Counted from the first letter of the stretch, positions 1-9,887 are shown. The stretch is 24,412 nt of DNA from Candidatus Hydrogenedentota bacterium (GCA_045863295.1 BTWA01000058.1:1-24412); one strand, 5' to 3'. Numbers and translations: made by a program. Notes: generated from the sequence alone by a model not told the origin.

Positions 1-3000
1 CTTGGAGACAATGAGACGCGTCAGGCGGCTCTTCCGATCCAGGGCCCAAACATAGGGAAACTTATCTTCACGGTCGTCCGGTTCAAGTTGCAGGAATTCC
101 GCGACTTCAACCATGTTTTCGTTCCAGGTTTCGCGCGGAGCCTTCTTGAAGTGTTTGCGGAATCGCGCTTCGGTCACCGCGAAATCGGCAAATGTCAGAG
201 GTATGTTCAATGTGCCCGGATTGCCTTGCTCGTCGACATACGTGAGTGAGTACTGAGGCCAGTCCGCATCCAGATCGGGGTTGCCTTCCAGGCTGATACA
301 GCTTTCGAATGACGTGCCGAGGTCCGGGTCGTAGGTGAACAACGGATACGCGCGGGACTCAAGGGCAAGCTTTGACTGGTGCTTGCCCAAGTCGTCCGCG
401 ATACCGTGTTCCGGCATGCACGGGCAGTAGATGTTGAACAAACCCGGGCGCCGGCTGTTGAAACCTCTGATCATGTTTTCAATCAGGTGCGATGTATTCG
501 CGACCGATCCCTGAAGCACAAACGGCGTCCGGTGCGCCATGGCTATCAAACCCACTTCCTTGCGTATTTCGGCCTTGCCGTGTTGGGCCTTTCCGTATTG
601 GGCCATGTCGGAGACCTGGCCCCAGAATCCGGAGGTGCATGCCTGGCCGCCGGTATTGGAATATACTTGCGTATCAAGTGCGATGACCTTGATGGGCTTC
701 CCCGTCATCATCATACGGGACAGGTTTTGGAAACCAATGTCGTACAAGGCGCCATCACCACCCACGGCCAGCACCGGCGGACACAGATGGAATTCTTCAT
801 CGGTGAATTGCTGCCAATTGAAGTAGGTGAAGAATTCGTCGTGCTTCTCGGGCTTGTAGCCGCCGTTGAGTTCAATTTCGGCCATACGTATGGCCTTGAA
901 TCCTTCAGACATTTTGACCATATGGCCTTCGAACAGTCCCATGGCCATAGAGGTGCTGTCCTGAAACAGATGATTGGTCCACGGGAAGGGATACGGATTA
1001 TAGGGGAATGTGGAGCCCCAAACCGAAGTGCAACCGGTGGAGTTCACCATGCCGAGGCTGGATCGCCCACGTCCGCTCACTCCGCCCGTATATTGCCAGC
1101 GCAGGTTTTTCAACTTCGCCAGGATTTGTGTGGTACGGCGCAGCCAATCGCTGTCGATCGTGCTGGCGACCCGGCCTTCCTCCAATGCAGTCGTCAGATT
1201 GGCGAGCGTAAGGTCCTTGGTCTGGAGAGCCGTCAACGCTGAATCCATGGCCTTGGTATCGCCGACATCCACGGCCTCGGCAAGCTTGAGCCGGATATGC
1301 CGTTCCAACTGGCCAATTAGGTCGTCGAGTTTCTTGATATGCTCATGCACGCGGCGTTGCATCAGCGCTTCGATGACGCTTGTAACGAGATGCAGCACGG
1401 TCTTTTCAACGCATCCGAGGCATGCGCCGTCGCCGCCGACCATGGACTTGTAGACGGTCTTGTCGAGAAGAATCGTTTCCAAAGCGCCGATAGCCTCATC
1501 CAAATCATCGACCCGAATGAACTCAGGTTTTGTATTCGGCAAGGACAGCCAGAACTCCCAATTCTTCTTCAATTGGGCAAGCGAGTCCGCGGTTTGGGGA
1601 ACCACCTTCAGGGCGTCATCGTTGCATACATTGATGCATTCACGGCAGCCTTTGCAGGTGTATGGATCAATGGTTATCGAGAGCAGGCCGCCAGAGCCCG
1701 CCGATTCTTTCTCTTTGACTGAGTAAAAGGGTTTCGTTATCGAGAACTTGAATGAGTCGACGATGTCCTTGAAGGAGGCAATCTCGCGATCCAGAATGGT
1801 CCGCTCTTCGTCGTTTAACTGCAATTCGGCCCGGGCCGATTCCAACGCGGCATTCAGGTATGCATGGACCGACGCATCCTCTCCATTCTGTCCGATCATC
1901 TCCCTCAGTCGCCGTTCAGCCACTCGTAGCGCTTTTCGCAGGTGCACGATTCGGTGTCCGCTGTTTTCAATGCGCTTTGCGGCGGTTTCGAATATATCCC
2001 CGACGCTGTGCACCAAACCTGGAATAGCGGAGTCCGGGCAAATCGTCCAGCAACTTCCGCAACCGGTGCACTTTTGCGGATCCCATTCGGGAAAATCGAA
2101 CCGGATCTGGCTCATGTCCCTGAATACACCGGTTGCCGCGGGGATGAGGCTGATACCGATAAAGGGATCGGCCAAATTGTCGCCGCCTTGTCCCGAGGCA
2201 TAGAACGAGCCGGTCTGTTCCCAGAAGCGATGTATGTCGGTCGACGCGGCCTGGCTCTCCGGTTGTTGTTTGAGCATTATGGGAATACTGGCCGACTTCT
2301 TTACGGCAGTGCCATCGCCTTCGGTGATGACCTTGTTCGTGATTTCGATGGATTCTTTGAAGCCGCGGCGCACCACTCGGAGATTGTCTTCTACAACGCG
2401 TGCGCCCTTGGCGCCAAATTTGTGCTGCAACTGCGATTCAATGGCGTTAAACAGGGCGTCTTCCGTCAAATTTGCCTGTTTCATGACAGGTGACGTAGCG
2501 AAGAAGGCCCCCATGAAGGCGATACCCTGCATCCGGAATTGGAGTTCGGCATCGGTCGCGATCTCACGCGCGATCTTAAACCCATCCACGCAAAATACAT
2601 GGATGTCGTTCTCGATGATAATCTTCTGATATCTCCGCGGGATTTGCTTCTCCCAGACTTCCTGGGGCGTATCGTGGTCGCTTTGTATGATGAACACGCC
2701 GCCTTTCTTGAGGCCGGCCAGCGCGTTGCTGTGCTGGAAGACGTTCGGATCGGGGGAGAGGACCACGTCTACGTAGAAATACTCGCAGTTGATGCGAATC
2801 GGCTCTGGTGCCGCCGAAAGGTAGTATGTGGTCGGCTGTCCTTTCTTCTCCGAACCGTACTTGGGATTGGCCTTGATATGATAGCCAAGGAGATCAAACA
2901 AGGTCATGGCGAGGTTTTTGCCGGTAGTGATTGCACCCCAGCCGCCGATGGAATGGAATCGCACGGTGATGCTGTCTTTTGGCATCAAATTGGGATTCTC

Positions 3001-4440
3001 GCTCCCGCGCAATGCAAGGTCTTTCAAGTTTGGGTAACTGTCGAGAAGTTGTTGTTGGTAGATTTCCTGCTTCGGCGTGGCCGATTTCTCCCGGACAAAA
3101 TCGATTGAAAGATAGAAGGTCTTCTTTTGTTTGCCGTTGGGAAGCATGTTCTCCACGGCGGCAATAAGGCCTTCGGGCTGCAGGTCACGGCTGCCCATGC
3201 CAAATGACCCGGAGTAGAGGGAAGGTGCGTCCTGCGGTTTCGCGTAGGATGCATATCCTTCGTACGGGGCGCTTCCTTTGTGCAGTCCATTTTCCAGGCA
3301 CTTGCCTATCGTGGCGCGCACTTCGCGCATGAGCGGTTGATCGACCGCAAGCGGCTGGTCGGTGCGCTCAAGAACGACAACGCCCTTGCGGCCTTTTACG
3401 ATTGGGCCAAGCAGGTCGCCCGGGAACGGGCGGAACATGGTCACATTCACCACGCCCAGTTTGATTCCTCGCGTCTCACGCAGGTAGTCGGCTACAGCCT
3501 CGGAGTTGGGTACAACACTGCCTTGGCCTACGATGAGATATTCGGCGTCCTCGCACCGGTAGGTGGATACGCGCTGATAACGGCGCCCGGTAAGCGCCAA
3601 AAATGCCTCGAAAGCCTCGTCGGTGATTTGCTGAATGTGATCAAAGAAGAAGGGCCGTTGTGCGGCCACACTTTGCATATACGCATCCTGGTTCTGTACC
3701 GTGCCGGCCATTACCGGATTGTCTACATTCCACAACTCCGGAATACGACGTCGCGTGGGTCCGAAGATCAGGCGCTGCGCAGGGGTGGGCGTGTCGATGA
3801 TGTCCTCCGGTTTACCCAGGTACTCGGCAATTAAGGCACGTTCGGGCACCATAAGCGACTCAATTAAGTGGGTGGTCAAGAATCCGTCTTGCGCGCAAAT
3901 GCCCGGATTGAGCGACATTTCCGCGATGCGATGCGAGATGATGTTCAGATCGGCCGCTTCCTGCACATTCTTCGCGAAAACCTGAAAGAAGCCCGCGTCG
4001 TCCACGCAGTGATAATCGTCGTGTCCGGCATGCACGTTCAGGCTGGCTTTGGTCATCGCCCGGCAGCCCATGTTCAGCACATAGGTAAGCCGCTTGCCTA
4101 CGGCGGCATACAGCGACTCGTGCATATATGCGATACCCTGCCCCGACGAGAAGTTGGTCGAGCGAAGTCCCGTCATCGAGAGCCCGGCGGTGACGGCCGC
4201 GGCCGCGTGTTCACCTTCCGGTTCAATGAATATCAGCGGCCGCCCGGCAATATTGATGTGTCCCGCTGCCGCGTTCTCGGCCCAGTATTCGCCCATTTGA
4301 GTCGATGGTGTAATGGGGTATGCGCCCGCGGCATCGCTCGATTCCCGCTCACACATGATGACGGCCGAATTGCCGTCCATGGCATCGCGCGTGCCGGGAT
4401 ACCGAAATCCATTGTTTTCGCTGTTGCTACCGTGCTTCAT
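1..4440 (-). CDS. por: Single-chain pyruvate:ferredoxin/flavodoxin oxidoreductase (PFOR/NifJ-like, at least 1480 aa, truncated at the left edge)
   Basis: Manual translation from ATG 4440 gives MKHGSNSENNGFRYPGTRDAMDGNSAV. Motifs: YPITPST (4300-4320), EGEH, GCRAM, gamma-domain HSIGGWGAITTGK and KYGSEKKGQPT, ferredoxin motifs CTGCGSCWTICP (2035-2070) and CKGCRECINVC (1624-1656), GACLGC (1411-1428), STGCTSVWG, TPP motif GGDGALYDIG...YSNTGG (about 646-762), and YCPC. No in-frame stop reaches position 1, which explains its absence from the ORF track. Confidence 0.95.
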   Translation of the reverse strand, partial: MKHGSNSENNGFRYPGTRDAMDGNSAVIMCERESSDAAGAYPITPSTQMGEYWAENAAAGHINIAGRPLIFIEPEGEHAAAAVTAGLSMTGLRSTNFSSGQGIAYMHESLYAAVGKRLTYVLNMGCRAMTKASLNVHAGHDDYHCVDDAGFFQVFAKNVQEAADLNIISHRIAEMSLNPGICAQDGFLTTHLIESLMVPERALIAEYLGKPEDIIDTPTPAQRLIFGPTRRRIPELWNVDNPVMAGTVQNQDAYMQSVAAQRPFFFDHIQQITDEAFEAFLALTGRRYQRVSTYRCEDAEYLIVGQGSVVPNSEAVADYLRETRGIKLGVVNVTMFRPFPGDLLGPIVKGRKGVVVLERTDQPLAVDQPLMREVRATIGKCLENGLHKGSAPYEGYASYAKPQDAPSLYSGSFGMGSRDLQPEGLIAAVENMLPNGKQKKTFYLSIDFVREKSATPKQEIYQQQLLDSYPNLKDLALRGSENPNLMPKDSITVRFHSIGGWGAITTGKNLAMTLFDLLGYHIKANPKYGSEKKGQPTTYYLSAAPEPIRINCEYFYVDVVLSPDPNVFQHSNALAGLKKGGVFIIQSDHDTPQEVWEKQIPRRYQKIIIENDIHVFCVDGFKIAREIATDAELQFRMQGIAFMGAFFATSPVMKQANLTEDALFNAIESQLQHKFGAKGARVVEDNLRVVRRGFKESIEITNKVITEGDGTAVKKSASIPIMLKQQPESQAASTDIHRFWEQTGSFYASGQGGDNLADPFIGISLIPAATGVFRDMSQIRFDFPEWDPQKCTGCGSCWTICPDSAIPGLVHSVGDIFETAAKRIENSGHRIVHLRKALRVAERRLREMIGQNGEDASVHAYLNAALESARAELQLNDEERTILDREIASFKDIVDSFKFSITKPFYSVKEKESAGSGGLLSITIDPYTCKGCRECINVCNDDALKVVPQTADSLAQLKKNWEFWLSLPNTKPEFIRVDDLDEAIGALETILLDKTVYKSMVGGDGACLGCVEKTVLHLVTSVIEALMQRRVHEHIKKLDDLIGQLERHIRLKLAEAVDVGDTKAMDSALTALQTKDLTLANLTTALEEGRVASTIDSDWLRRTTQILAKLKNLRWQYTGGVSGRGRSSLGMVNSTGCTSVWGSTFPYNPYPFPWTNHLFQDSTSMAMGLFEGHMVKMSEGFKAIRMAEIELNGGYKPEKHDEFFTYFNWQQFTDEEFHLCPPVLAVGGDGALYDIGFQNLSRMMMTGKPIKVIALDTQVYSNTGGQACTSGFWGQVSDMAQYGKAQHGKAEIRKEVGLIAMAHRTPFVLQGSVANTSHLIENMIRGFNSRRPGLFNIYCPCMPEHGIADDLGKHQSKLALESRAYPLFTYDPDLGTSFESCISLEGNPDLDADWPQYSLTYVDEQGNPGTLNIPLTFADFAVTEARFRKHFKKAPRETWNENMVEVAEFLQLEPDDREDKFPYVWALDRKSRLTRLIVSK

Positions 4441-4713
4441 AGTGACCACCTGTTTTTCGCGCGAAGAGCAACGCCACCCCTGATACCTTGGGCGGATCGG
4501 TGCGCTTCATTCGTGTTGGAAACGTCATAACTTTCGTCGCTCAACCTACAGAGGGAACGGATGGTTTGATGCATGTCCTGCAAGGTCAGGACGGGCCAGA
4601 TTTCGCACTGAATCGTGTTGTCGGCTTCCATCATTCGCCTCGTCATTCTGTTCATTCACGTTTTGCCCCGGACTGCGGGCAGTTTGTTGACAATGGCCAA
4701 TTGGCCCGGGTTC

Positions 4714-5580
4714 CTACATGATTGGCAATGGCGACTTTCGCGTTATCTTCTTGGCGTTGGCGCCTTTGACCGCTCCTCTGTGATCATCAAGCCAGACTAT
4801 TGCCCCGGTCGGGCATCGTTGTATGGCGTCAGGGGTGGCCAATCCATTCTTGGTGTAATCGACCACCGCCAGATTGTTCTGAATGGCGATAACCCCGGGT
4901 GCATCGGCCGCGCACAGTCCACATCCCGTACAGGCCACTTCGCACTCGCGCTCGGCTTCGTCGCCTTTGGAAAGGCTCATGCAAGCCACCCAAAGCCTTC
5001 GGCTGACAGGCTGAAGTGTGAACAGATGACGCGGGCAAGCGACAACGCAGTCGTTACATGCCGTGCATTTCGTCTCATCGACTACGGGCAGGCCGTAGGC
5101 ATTCATGGTTATGGCGCCGAATTTGCAGGCTTCCATGCAGTCCGCGAGGCCCAGACATCCCCAGGAACACCCTTTACCGCCGCCGCCAACCAAGTGGGCG
5201 GCCCGGCATGAGGTCATTCCTTCATAAATGGCATGCTGTTTCGCCACGTGCCGCCCGCCGGCGCAGGCCAGCCTGGCTACCCGCTTTTCCTGTTTCCCCG
5301 CCTCGACCCCTAAAAAAGACGCGATGGCCTCGATCCCCTTGGGGCTGCTTACGGTGCAGAGGCTCGGGGCCACCTTCCCTTCGACTACCTGTTCGGCGAA
5401 CGCACGGCATCCGGCTTGGCCGCAGGCACCGCAATTTGCTTTGGGAAGAAGGTCCTCCACGATGTCGATGCGAGGATCCTCTTCGACATAGAGCCGCGAG
5501 TTGGCAATCGCGAGGAGGGCCGAGAGACCGACCCCCAAGCTGGCCATTAAGGCGGCTGCCATGGCGATTTCCACACTCAT
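4714..5580 (-). CDS. rnfB: RnfB/RsxB-type electron transport complex subunit B (membrane-anchored polyferredoxin)
   Basis: N-terminal transmembrane helix, then VEEDPRIDIVEDLLPKANCGACGQAGC...C, CSWGCLGLADCMEACKFGAI, CTACNDCVVACP and CTGCGLCAADAP. This is the long-form RnfB pattern. Confidence 0.92.
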   Translation of the reverse strand: MSVEIAMAAALMASLGVGLSALLAIANSRLYVEEDPRIDIVEDLLPKANCGACGQAGCRAFAEQVVEGKVAPSLCTVSSPKGIEAIASFLGVEAGKQEKRVARLACAGGRHVAKQHAIYEGMTSCRAAHLVGGGGKGCSWGCLGLADCMEACKFGAITMNAYGLPVVDETKCTACNDCVVACPRHLFTLQPVSRRLWVACMSLSKGDEAERECEVACTGCGLCAADAPGVIAIQNNLAVVDYTKNGLATPDAIQRCPTGAIVWLDDHRGAVKGANAKKITRKSPLPIM

Positions 5581-5657
5581 TCGGCTTCGTTTCCCTTCTG
5601 TCTCAATAGATGGCCTGACAGTGCGATTCCAGCCTGCAATCCGATATGTACTGAAAA

Positions 5658-5673
5658 TGCAACTTTAATGCCA
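5658..5673 (-). promoter_or_regulatory. Sigma-54 (-24/-12) promoter upstream of rnfB
   Basis: Minus strand reads TGGCATTAAAGTTGCA, matching TGGCAC-N5-TTGCW with exact GG/GC spacing, 77 bp upstream of the rnfB ATG. Confidence 0.75.
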
Positions 5674-5755
5674 TAAAATGGGTGGTGACGTATATTTGTA
5701 AAAGGCGGAATGAAAAAGACTTAGCAAATAGAGGTTAGCATTTGAAGAAGAAGGG

Positions 5756-5789
5756 AATGTGGAGGTGACACATGTGTAAATTGGACATT
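5756..5789. promoter_or_regulatory. Candidate upstream activator sequence (tandem TGT-N7-ACA dyads)
   Basis: AATGT-N7-ACACA|TGTGT-N7-ACATT, symmetric about the perfect palindrome ACACATGTGT, 83-116 bp upstream of the -24 element. Confidence 0.55.
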
Positions 5790-5804
5790 TGAGCATGAGT
5801 GCGC

Positions 5805-5841
5805 AAAGAAAAGGCCCTTGGACATTGCTGCCCAAGGGCCT
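5805..5841 (-). terminator. Rho-independent terminator of the lipoprotein operon
   Basis: Minus strand AGGCCCTTGGGCA-GCAA-TGTCCAAGGGCCT-TTTCTTT: a 13-bp stem with one G:U pair, a GNRA loop and a U-rich tail, 20 bp after the stop at 5862. Confidence 0.88.
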
Positions 5842-5861
5842 GAACAAACATTGAGTTGGAC

Positions 5862-8800
5862 TCAGGTCACGTTCAATTGAATGGTCACACTATCGGTTCC
5901 ACCATTGGAAACAATGGGCAACGAGAAGGACTGATTGCCCAGAGGCGCCAGCGCCGGGTCGATGGTCACCACCACGGTGGTGTGGGTTGAAGTAACCGTA
6001 TCGGTCGACGGGGTAACGTCAATGACCCATGGCGGAAGTCCGCTAAGGTCAATCTGGAATTGGAGGGAACTTTGACCTGTATTGCTGATGTCGAAGTTGG
6101 CCGTGACATCGCCCCCGCCTTGGGGTACGTTGCCTAGATTGATATTGTTTGTAGAAACCGCAAGCACCGGTGGTTGAATCTGAATAGACACCAGGATGTC
6201 CACGAATCCGCCAATATTCAGCGTGCCGCCGTTGTACTGCAAGCGGATAATGCCCGTGTAGCTGCCCGGATCCAATGTCCGGTCCGCCACAACCAAGGCC
6301 GTGTCTTGTTCCAGGTTCGTGGCCACTTGGCCGCTATCCGGAGTGACAGAACGAATGAACGCAGGCTGACTTTGAACCAGCCAATTCAAATGGACAGTGG
6401 AAGGTGTCGGGGCCTTCGGGAAGCTGCCGCCTATGTTGCGCACCGTGAAGTTTGCGGAGTTCGTAGCCGTACCGAAACTGATAGACAAGGGCGTGACCAA
6501 CGGAGTGGGAAACGCCGGGGCCAGAGTCGGCGTGGCGGCAACGTCCACCTGCTCAGGACTGATGAAGTACTTGGGTTCCGCGTCAACTCCGTAAATGGTA
6601 TTGTCGACGTCTAGGCTAACCAGCGCCGGTAGGGCCGCAAACGTCAGGCGAACCAAATCGCCATATGCGCCGTAGTCGAGCACATCGGCGGGGGTGGGGG
6701 CATCAAGACGTACCGTGAAGCCTCCAGCAATCGGAGTGGTGGTCAAGGTCCAATCCGAAACCACGCCGCCTTCATTCAACGGAACGAGCGCGACGGCAAA
6801 GGGCAAGGCGCTGGTAACATCGAACTCGAATTTGTTGACATTACGCGGCACGTACTCCGCACGAACAGTCGCGAATGTGCCACCGGCAACGTCTCCGGCA
6901 GCACGCAGTGAGACCTGCCCCATGCTGATGTCGCCGGTAATGGCAAGGAGGTTGACGTCTTGTTCCTCCAAGATACCCTGAATGAAGCCTTGATCCGGGG
7001 CGTCATTCGGATCGTCAAAAGCGGCGTCAAACCGCACCGACACACTCTCTTCCTCGCCCAACGTCACGTAATGCAGGACCATGTGCGATGCTACATCGTT
7101 CGCCACATCCGTGAGGCGGGTCTGGAAGTTCGGGATGCTGGGTACGCCACCGGCGGCCGGCTGGACCAGATAGTAATGGCCTCCGGTACCGTCCGCGAGT
7201 CGCGCGAGAGGTTCGTGATTGACGTCAAATCCAAAGCCGACGGGTAGAATCGAGACGCGAATGCCGCCGAGAATGTCGATGGCATCCTGAATTTCACCCG
7301 GTGGCGTCGTCAAGCGTCCATCCGTGAGCATGATTACGACGCGGACGTCGGCATCGTCAAAGGGAATCAAGGGCGTATCGGCGTCGACTATTTCCTGCGC
7401 GCCAAGTAGGGCAGCGGGCAGTAATTCGGTCGCGCCAAAATCGGTGATATTAATGTTTTGTATGGCGGTAATGAGCGCCGCCGGATCGTTATCAAAGGGG
7501 TGCTGGAGACTGGCGTTCTGATTGCGGTCATGAAACTCCATCAGAGCCATCTGCACAAAACCCGGTTCGGACGTCGCAAACAGGCTGAAGAAATCGTTAA
7601 TGAAGCCTGCGCCGACCAATTCGTATAAATCCTGTATGGTGGTGGAAAGGTTTTGAGCCGCGGTCCGCATACTGCCGGAGTAGTCGAGCATCAGCACGGC
7701 CTTGACGCGCAAGTCGGTTCTAAAGTTAATACCAAGTGCCTGGCTCAAGGTGCTGTTCTGCACGCGCAGCACTTTAGTCGTCTCGTTAGGTTCTTCTACT
7801 TGGATTCCCTTCTCAAACAACCGGAATGCAGCAAATGGAAGGACAGCCGGGTCCGCCAGAAATGAATCGTCTTGTATATTCCGCATCGTAAACGTGTAGC
7901 GCATCAGCGAGGGAATACGCATCCGAACCAACGGGGTCTGGAACGAAAGGGGAGAGGCCTCCACCGATACCGTCACCGTGGCGGGCACAATATCCGGAAT
8001 GACATTGCCTTGAGAGTCGAGGGCCACAATCGTGAAGGTACCCGTCGCGCCGGTGCCATTGAGCCCGCCGCGATCCACGGACACGTTGACACCCTGGAAG
8101 TCTTTGATCGGTCCGGCCACGCCGATACTGGTACCCGTGTCCGGGCTGTTGAACAGCCAATTGCGATCACTGGTGACCAGGAAGTTCAGAATGGTTCCCG
8201 GATCCCCGACGTTGGCCACGGCAAACGCGGAAGTGCTGTCATTCAGCCCCAAATCGATGGTCGTCGGATCGACGCCGATCGCGGGACGGAGCGGCACCTG
8301 CATCGTGATGTCCAAATTGACGCTACCGCCATTGGAGGTCACGCGGGCCAGATGGAGATACCCTCCAGGGGGTAGTCCTGTGCGGTTCACCGTAATGGTC
8401 ACCGTTTGTGTCTGGCCGGCTTGGCGAACGCCAGCCAACGGGGCAATCGTCAGCCACGAGGGGAACTGAGAATTGTTGATGTTCCAGTTCAGAGTCCCAG
8501 TGCCCGTATTGCCCACCGTGAATTGAAAAGTAGTGGCCTGATCGCCTACCGCCGCCAGGGGCTCACCGGAGTTGTTCACTTGGCCGGTTACAACGCTCAA
8601 AACAGGCACATTCGCCACCGTTGCGCGTATGGTCACGTCGATACTCTGCAACTGGCCGTTGATTGTCGCTTGTACCTGGATAATCTGTTGCAGTTGCTGT
8701 GGGGGTAGCCCAGTCCGATCCACGGTAACGAGCACAGCATCGGAATCGCCGTTGGTAACGGTTCCGTTCAAAGGAACTATGGTAAGCCATGCGGGCAAGG

Positions 8801-9887
8801 CGGTCGGAATGTTCCAATTCACGTTGCCAATGCCTGGGTTGCTCACCGTAAACACACGATTGGCAACGTTCGTAGCGAAATCAAGCAGGGTCGGTGTAAC
8901 GACTAGCGCGTCCGCCGCGACAGTGACGTTTGCCGTTAGTGTGGTATCACCACCGTCTGATGTTACCGAAATCTGGCCTGTGGTAAGGCCTTGCGGTAGA
9001 CCCGCGCGGCTAATTGTTGCCGTAATGCTGTCGACTTCGGTTGTAGTGGTGCCTGAAGCCGTGCTCAGTGTGAGCCAGGGTAGCGACTCCGCCAAATTCC
9101 AATTGAGCGTGCCCGTGCCTGTATTCCGGATCGCGAAGGTAACTTCGAGGAGTTCAGCGCCGAACTCGAGGGTGGTCGGCGTCACATTCAATTGCGGCAC
9201 AGGACCTGGAACCGTTGCATTGACGGTGATGACCACATCTCCCGCCGTGCTTGAAAACGTAATGGTACCCGTTAATGGCCCCGGGGCTTGTCCCGTACGA
9301 TCGACGGACACGGTGATTTGAGCAGCCGTGGGCGTGGCTGTGCCGTTGGATTGACTCAACGTGAGCCATGTCAGGTTTTCCGTCGCCTGCCAATCGAGCG
9401 AGCCTGTGCCGTTATTTCGAACTGTCAACGGCAGGGAAAGGGTAGTGGTTCCAAATTCAAGCGGTGTCGGTGTTACGTTCAGTCCTGGTCCCGGATCGGG
9501 CCCCGACACTTCTATGCTGACATTGACGATTTGGGAACCGCCATTCGAAAAGATGGTGAATTGTTCCGTATACACGCCAGGGGCAAGGCCTGTCCTGTTT
9601 GCGGTCAGAGTTACGACGGAAGGACCCACGGGAGTTGTGCCCTGCATCGCGGACGCCGAAAGCCAGGACGGAAGCAGGGGAATCGCCCATGTCAATACAC
9701 CCGCCTCGGAGTTGGAAATACTGATTGTCTCCGTGACAAGCGTATCGCCAAAGTTGATGCCCGTTGGCGTCACGAATAGCGACGGTCCGCCGGGATTCCC
9801 GCTGTTCGGCGCGAAAGGACAGCCTGTGGCGCCGAGGACCAGCGCAACCAGCGCAAACTTGCATGTATAGGAAGTCAAAATTTTCAT
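5862..9887 (-). CDS. Large surface lipoprotein (1341 aa): 6 BACON/Ig-like repeats, VWA domain, cohesin-like beta domain, 2 more BACON/Ig-like repeats
   Basis: Start moved to ATG 9887 because GAGGAG lies 7 nt upstream. Signal MKILTSYTCKFALVALVLGATG-CP. Repeats of about 95-110 aa follow LxVTPxxLxFG...NxGxGxLxW...WL. MIDAS motif MLDYSGSM...GATE...MLTDG. Confidence 0.85.
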   Translation of the reverse strand: MKILTSYTCKFALVALVLGATGCPFAPNSGNPGGPSLFVTPTGINFGDTLVTETISISNSEAGVLTWAIPLLPSWLSASAMQGTTPVGPSVVTLTANRTGLAPGVYTEQFTIFSNGGSQIVNVSIEVSGPDPGPGLNVTPTPLEFGTTTLSLPLTVRNNGTGSLDWQATENLTWLTLSQSNGTATPTAAQITVSVDRTGQAPGPLTGTITFSSTAGDVVITVNATVPGPVPQLNVTPTTLEFGAELLEVTFAIRNTGTGTLNWNLAESLPWLTLSTASGTTTTEVDSITATISRAGLPQGLTTGQISVTSDGGDTTLTANVTVAADALVVTPTLLDFATNVANRVFTVSNPGIGNVNWNIPTALPAWLTIVPLNGTVTNGDSDAVLVTVDRTGLPPQQLQQIIQVQATINGQLQSIDVTIRATVANVPVLSVVTGQVNNSGEPLAAVGDQATTFQFTVGNTGTGTLNWNINNSQFPSWLTIAPLAGVRQAGQTQTVTITVNRTGLPPGGYLHLARVTSNGGSVNLDITMQVPLRPAIGVDPTTIDLGLNDSTSAFAVANVGDPGTILNFLVTSDRNWLFNSPDTGTSIGVAGPIKDFQGVNVSVDRGGLNGTGATGTFTIVALDSQGNVIPDIVPATVTVSVEASPLSFQTPLVRMRIPSLMRYTFTMRNIQDDSFLADPAVLPFAAFRLFEKGIQVEEPNETTKVLRVQNSTLSQALGINFRTDLRVKAVLMLDYSGSMRTAAQNLSTTIQDLYELVGAGFINDFFSLFATSEPGFVQMALMEFHDRNQNASLQHPFDNDPAALITAIQNINITDFGATELLPAALLGAQEIVDADTPLIPFDDADVRVVIMLTDGRLTTPPGEIQDAIDILGGIRVSILPVGFGFDVNHEPLARLADGTGGHYYLVQPAAGGVPSIPNFQTRLTDVANDVASHMVLHYVTLGEEESVSVRFDAAFDDPNDAPDQGFIQGILEEQDVNLLAITGDISMGQVSLRAAGDVAGGTFATVRAEYVPRNVNKFEFDVTSALPFAVALVPLNEGGVVSDWTLTTTPIAGGFTVRLDAPTPADVLDYGAYGDLVRLTFAALPALVSLDVDNTIYGVDAEPKYFISPEQVDVAATPTLAPAFPTPLVTPLSISFGTATNSANFTVRNIGGSFPKAPTPSTVHLNWLVQSQPAFIRSVTPDSGQVATNLEQDTALVVADRTLDPGSYTGIIRLQYNGGTLNIGGFVDILVSIQIQPPVLAVSTNNINLGNVPQGGGDVTANFDISNTGQSSLQFQIDLSGLPPWVIDVTPSTDTVTSTHTTVVVTIDPALAPLGNQSFSLPIVSNGGTDSVTIQLNVT

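Noticed and set aside
379..4530. Series of long plus-strand ORFs (379-1242, 1339-1722, 1942-2493, 2539-3108, 3280-3834, 3868-4530)
   Set aside because: All lie in the one frame codon-aligned antisense to the PFOR gene and have no motifs, so they are shadow ORFs.
5665..5847. 60-aa minus-strand ORF upstream of rnfB
   Set aside because: It overlaps the terminator, the candidate enhancer and the sigma-54 promoter, and has no protein-like features.
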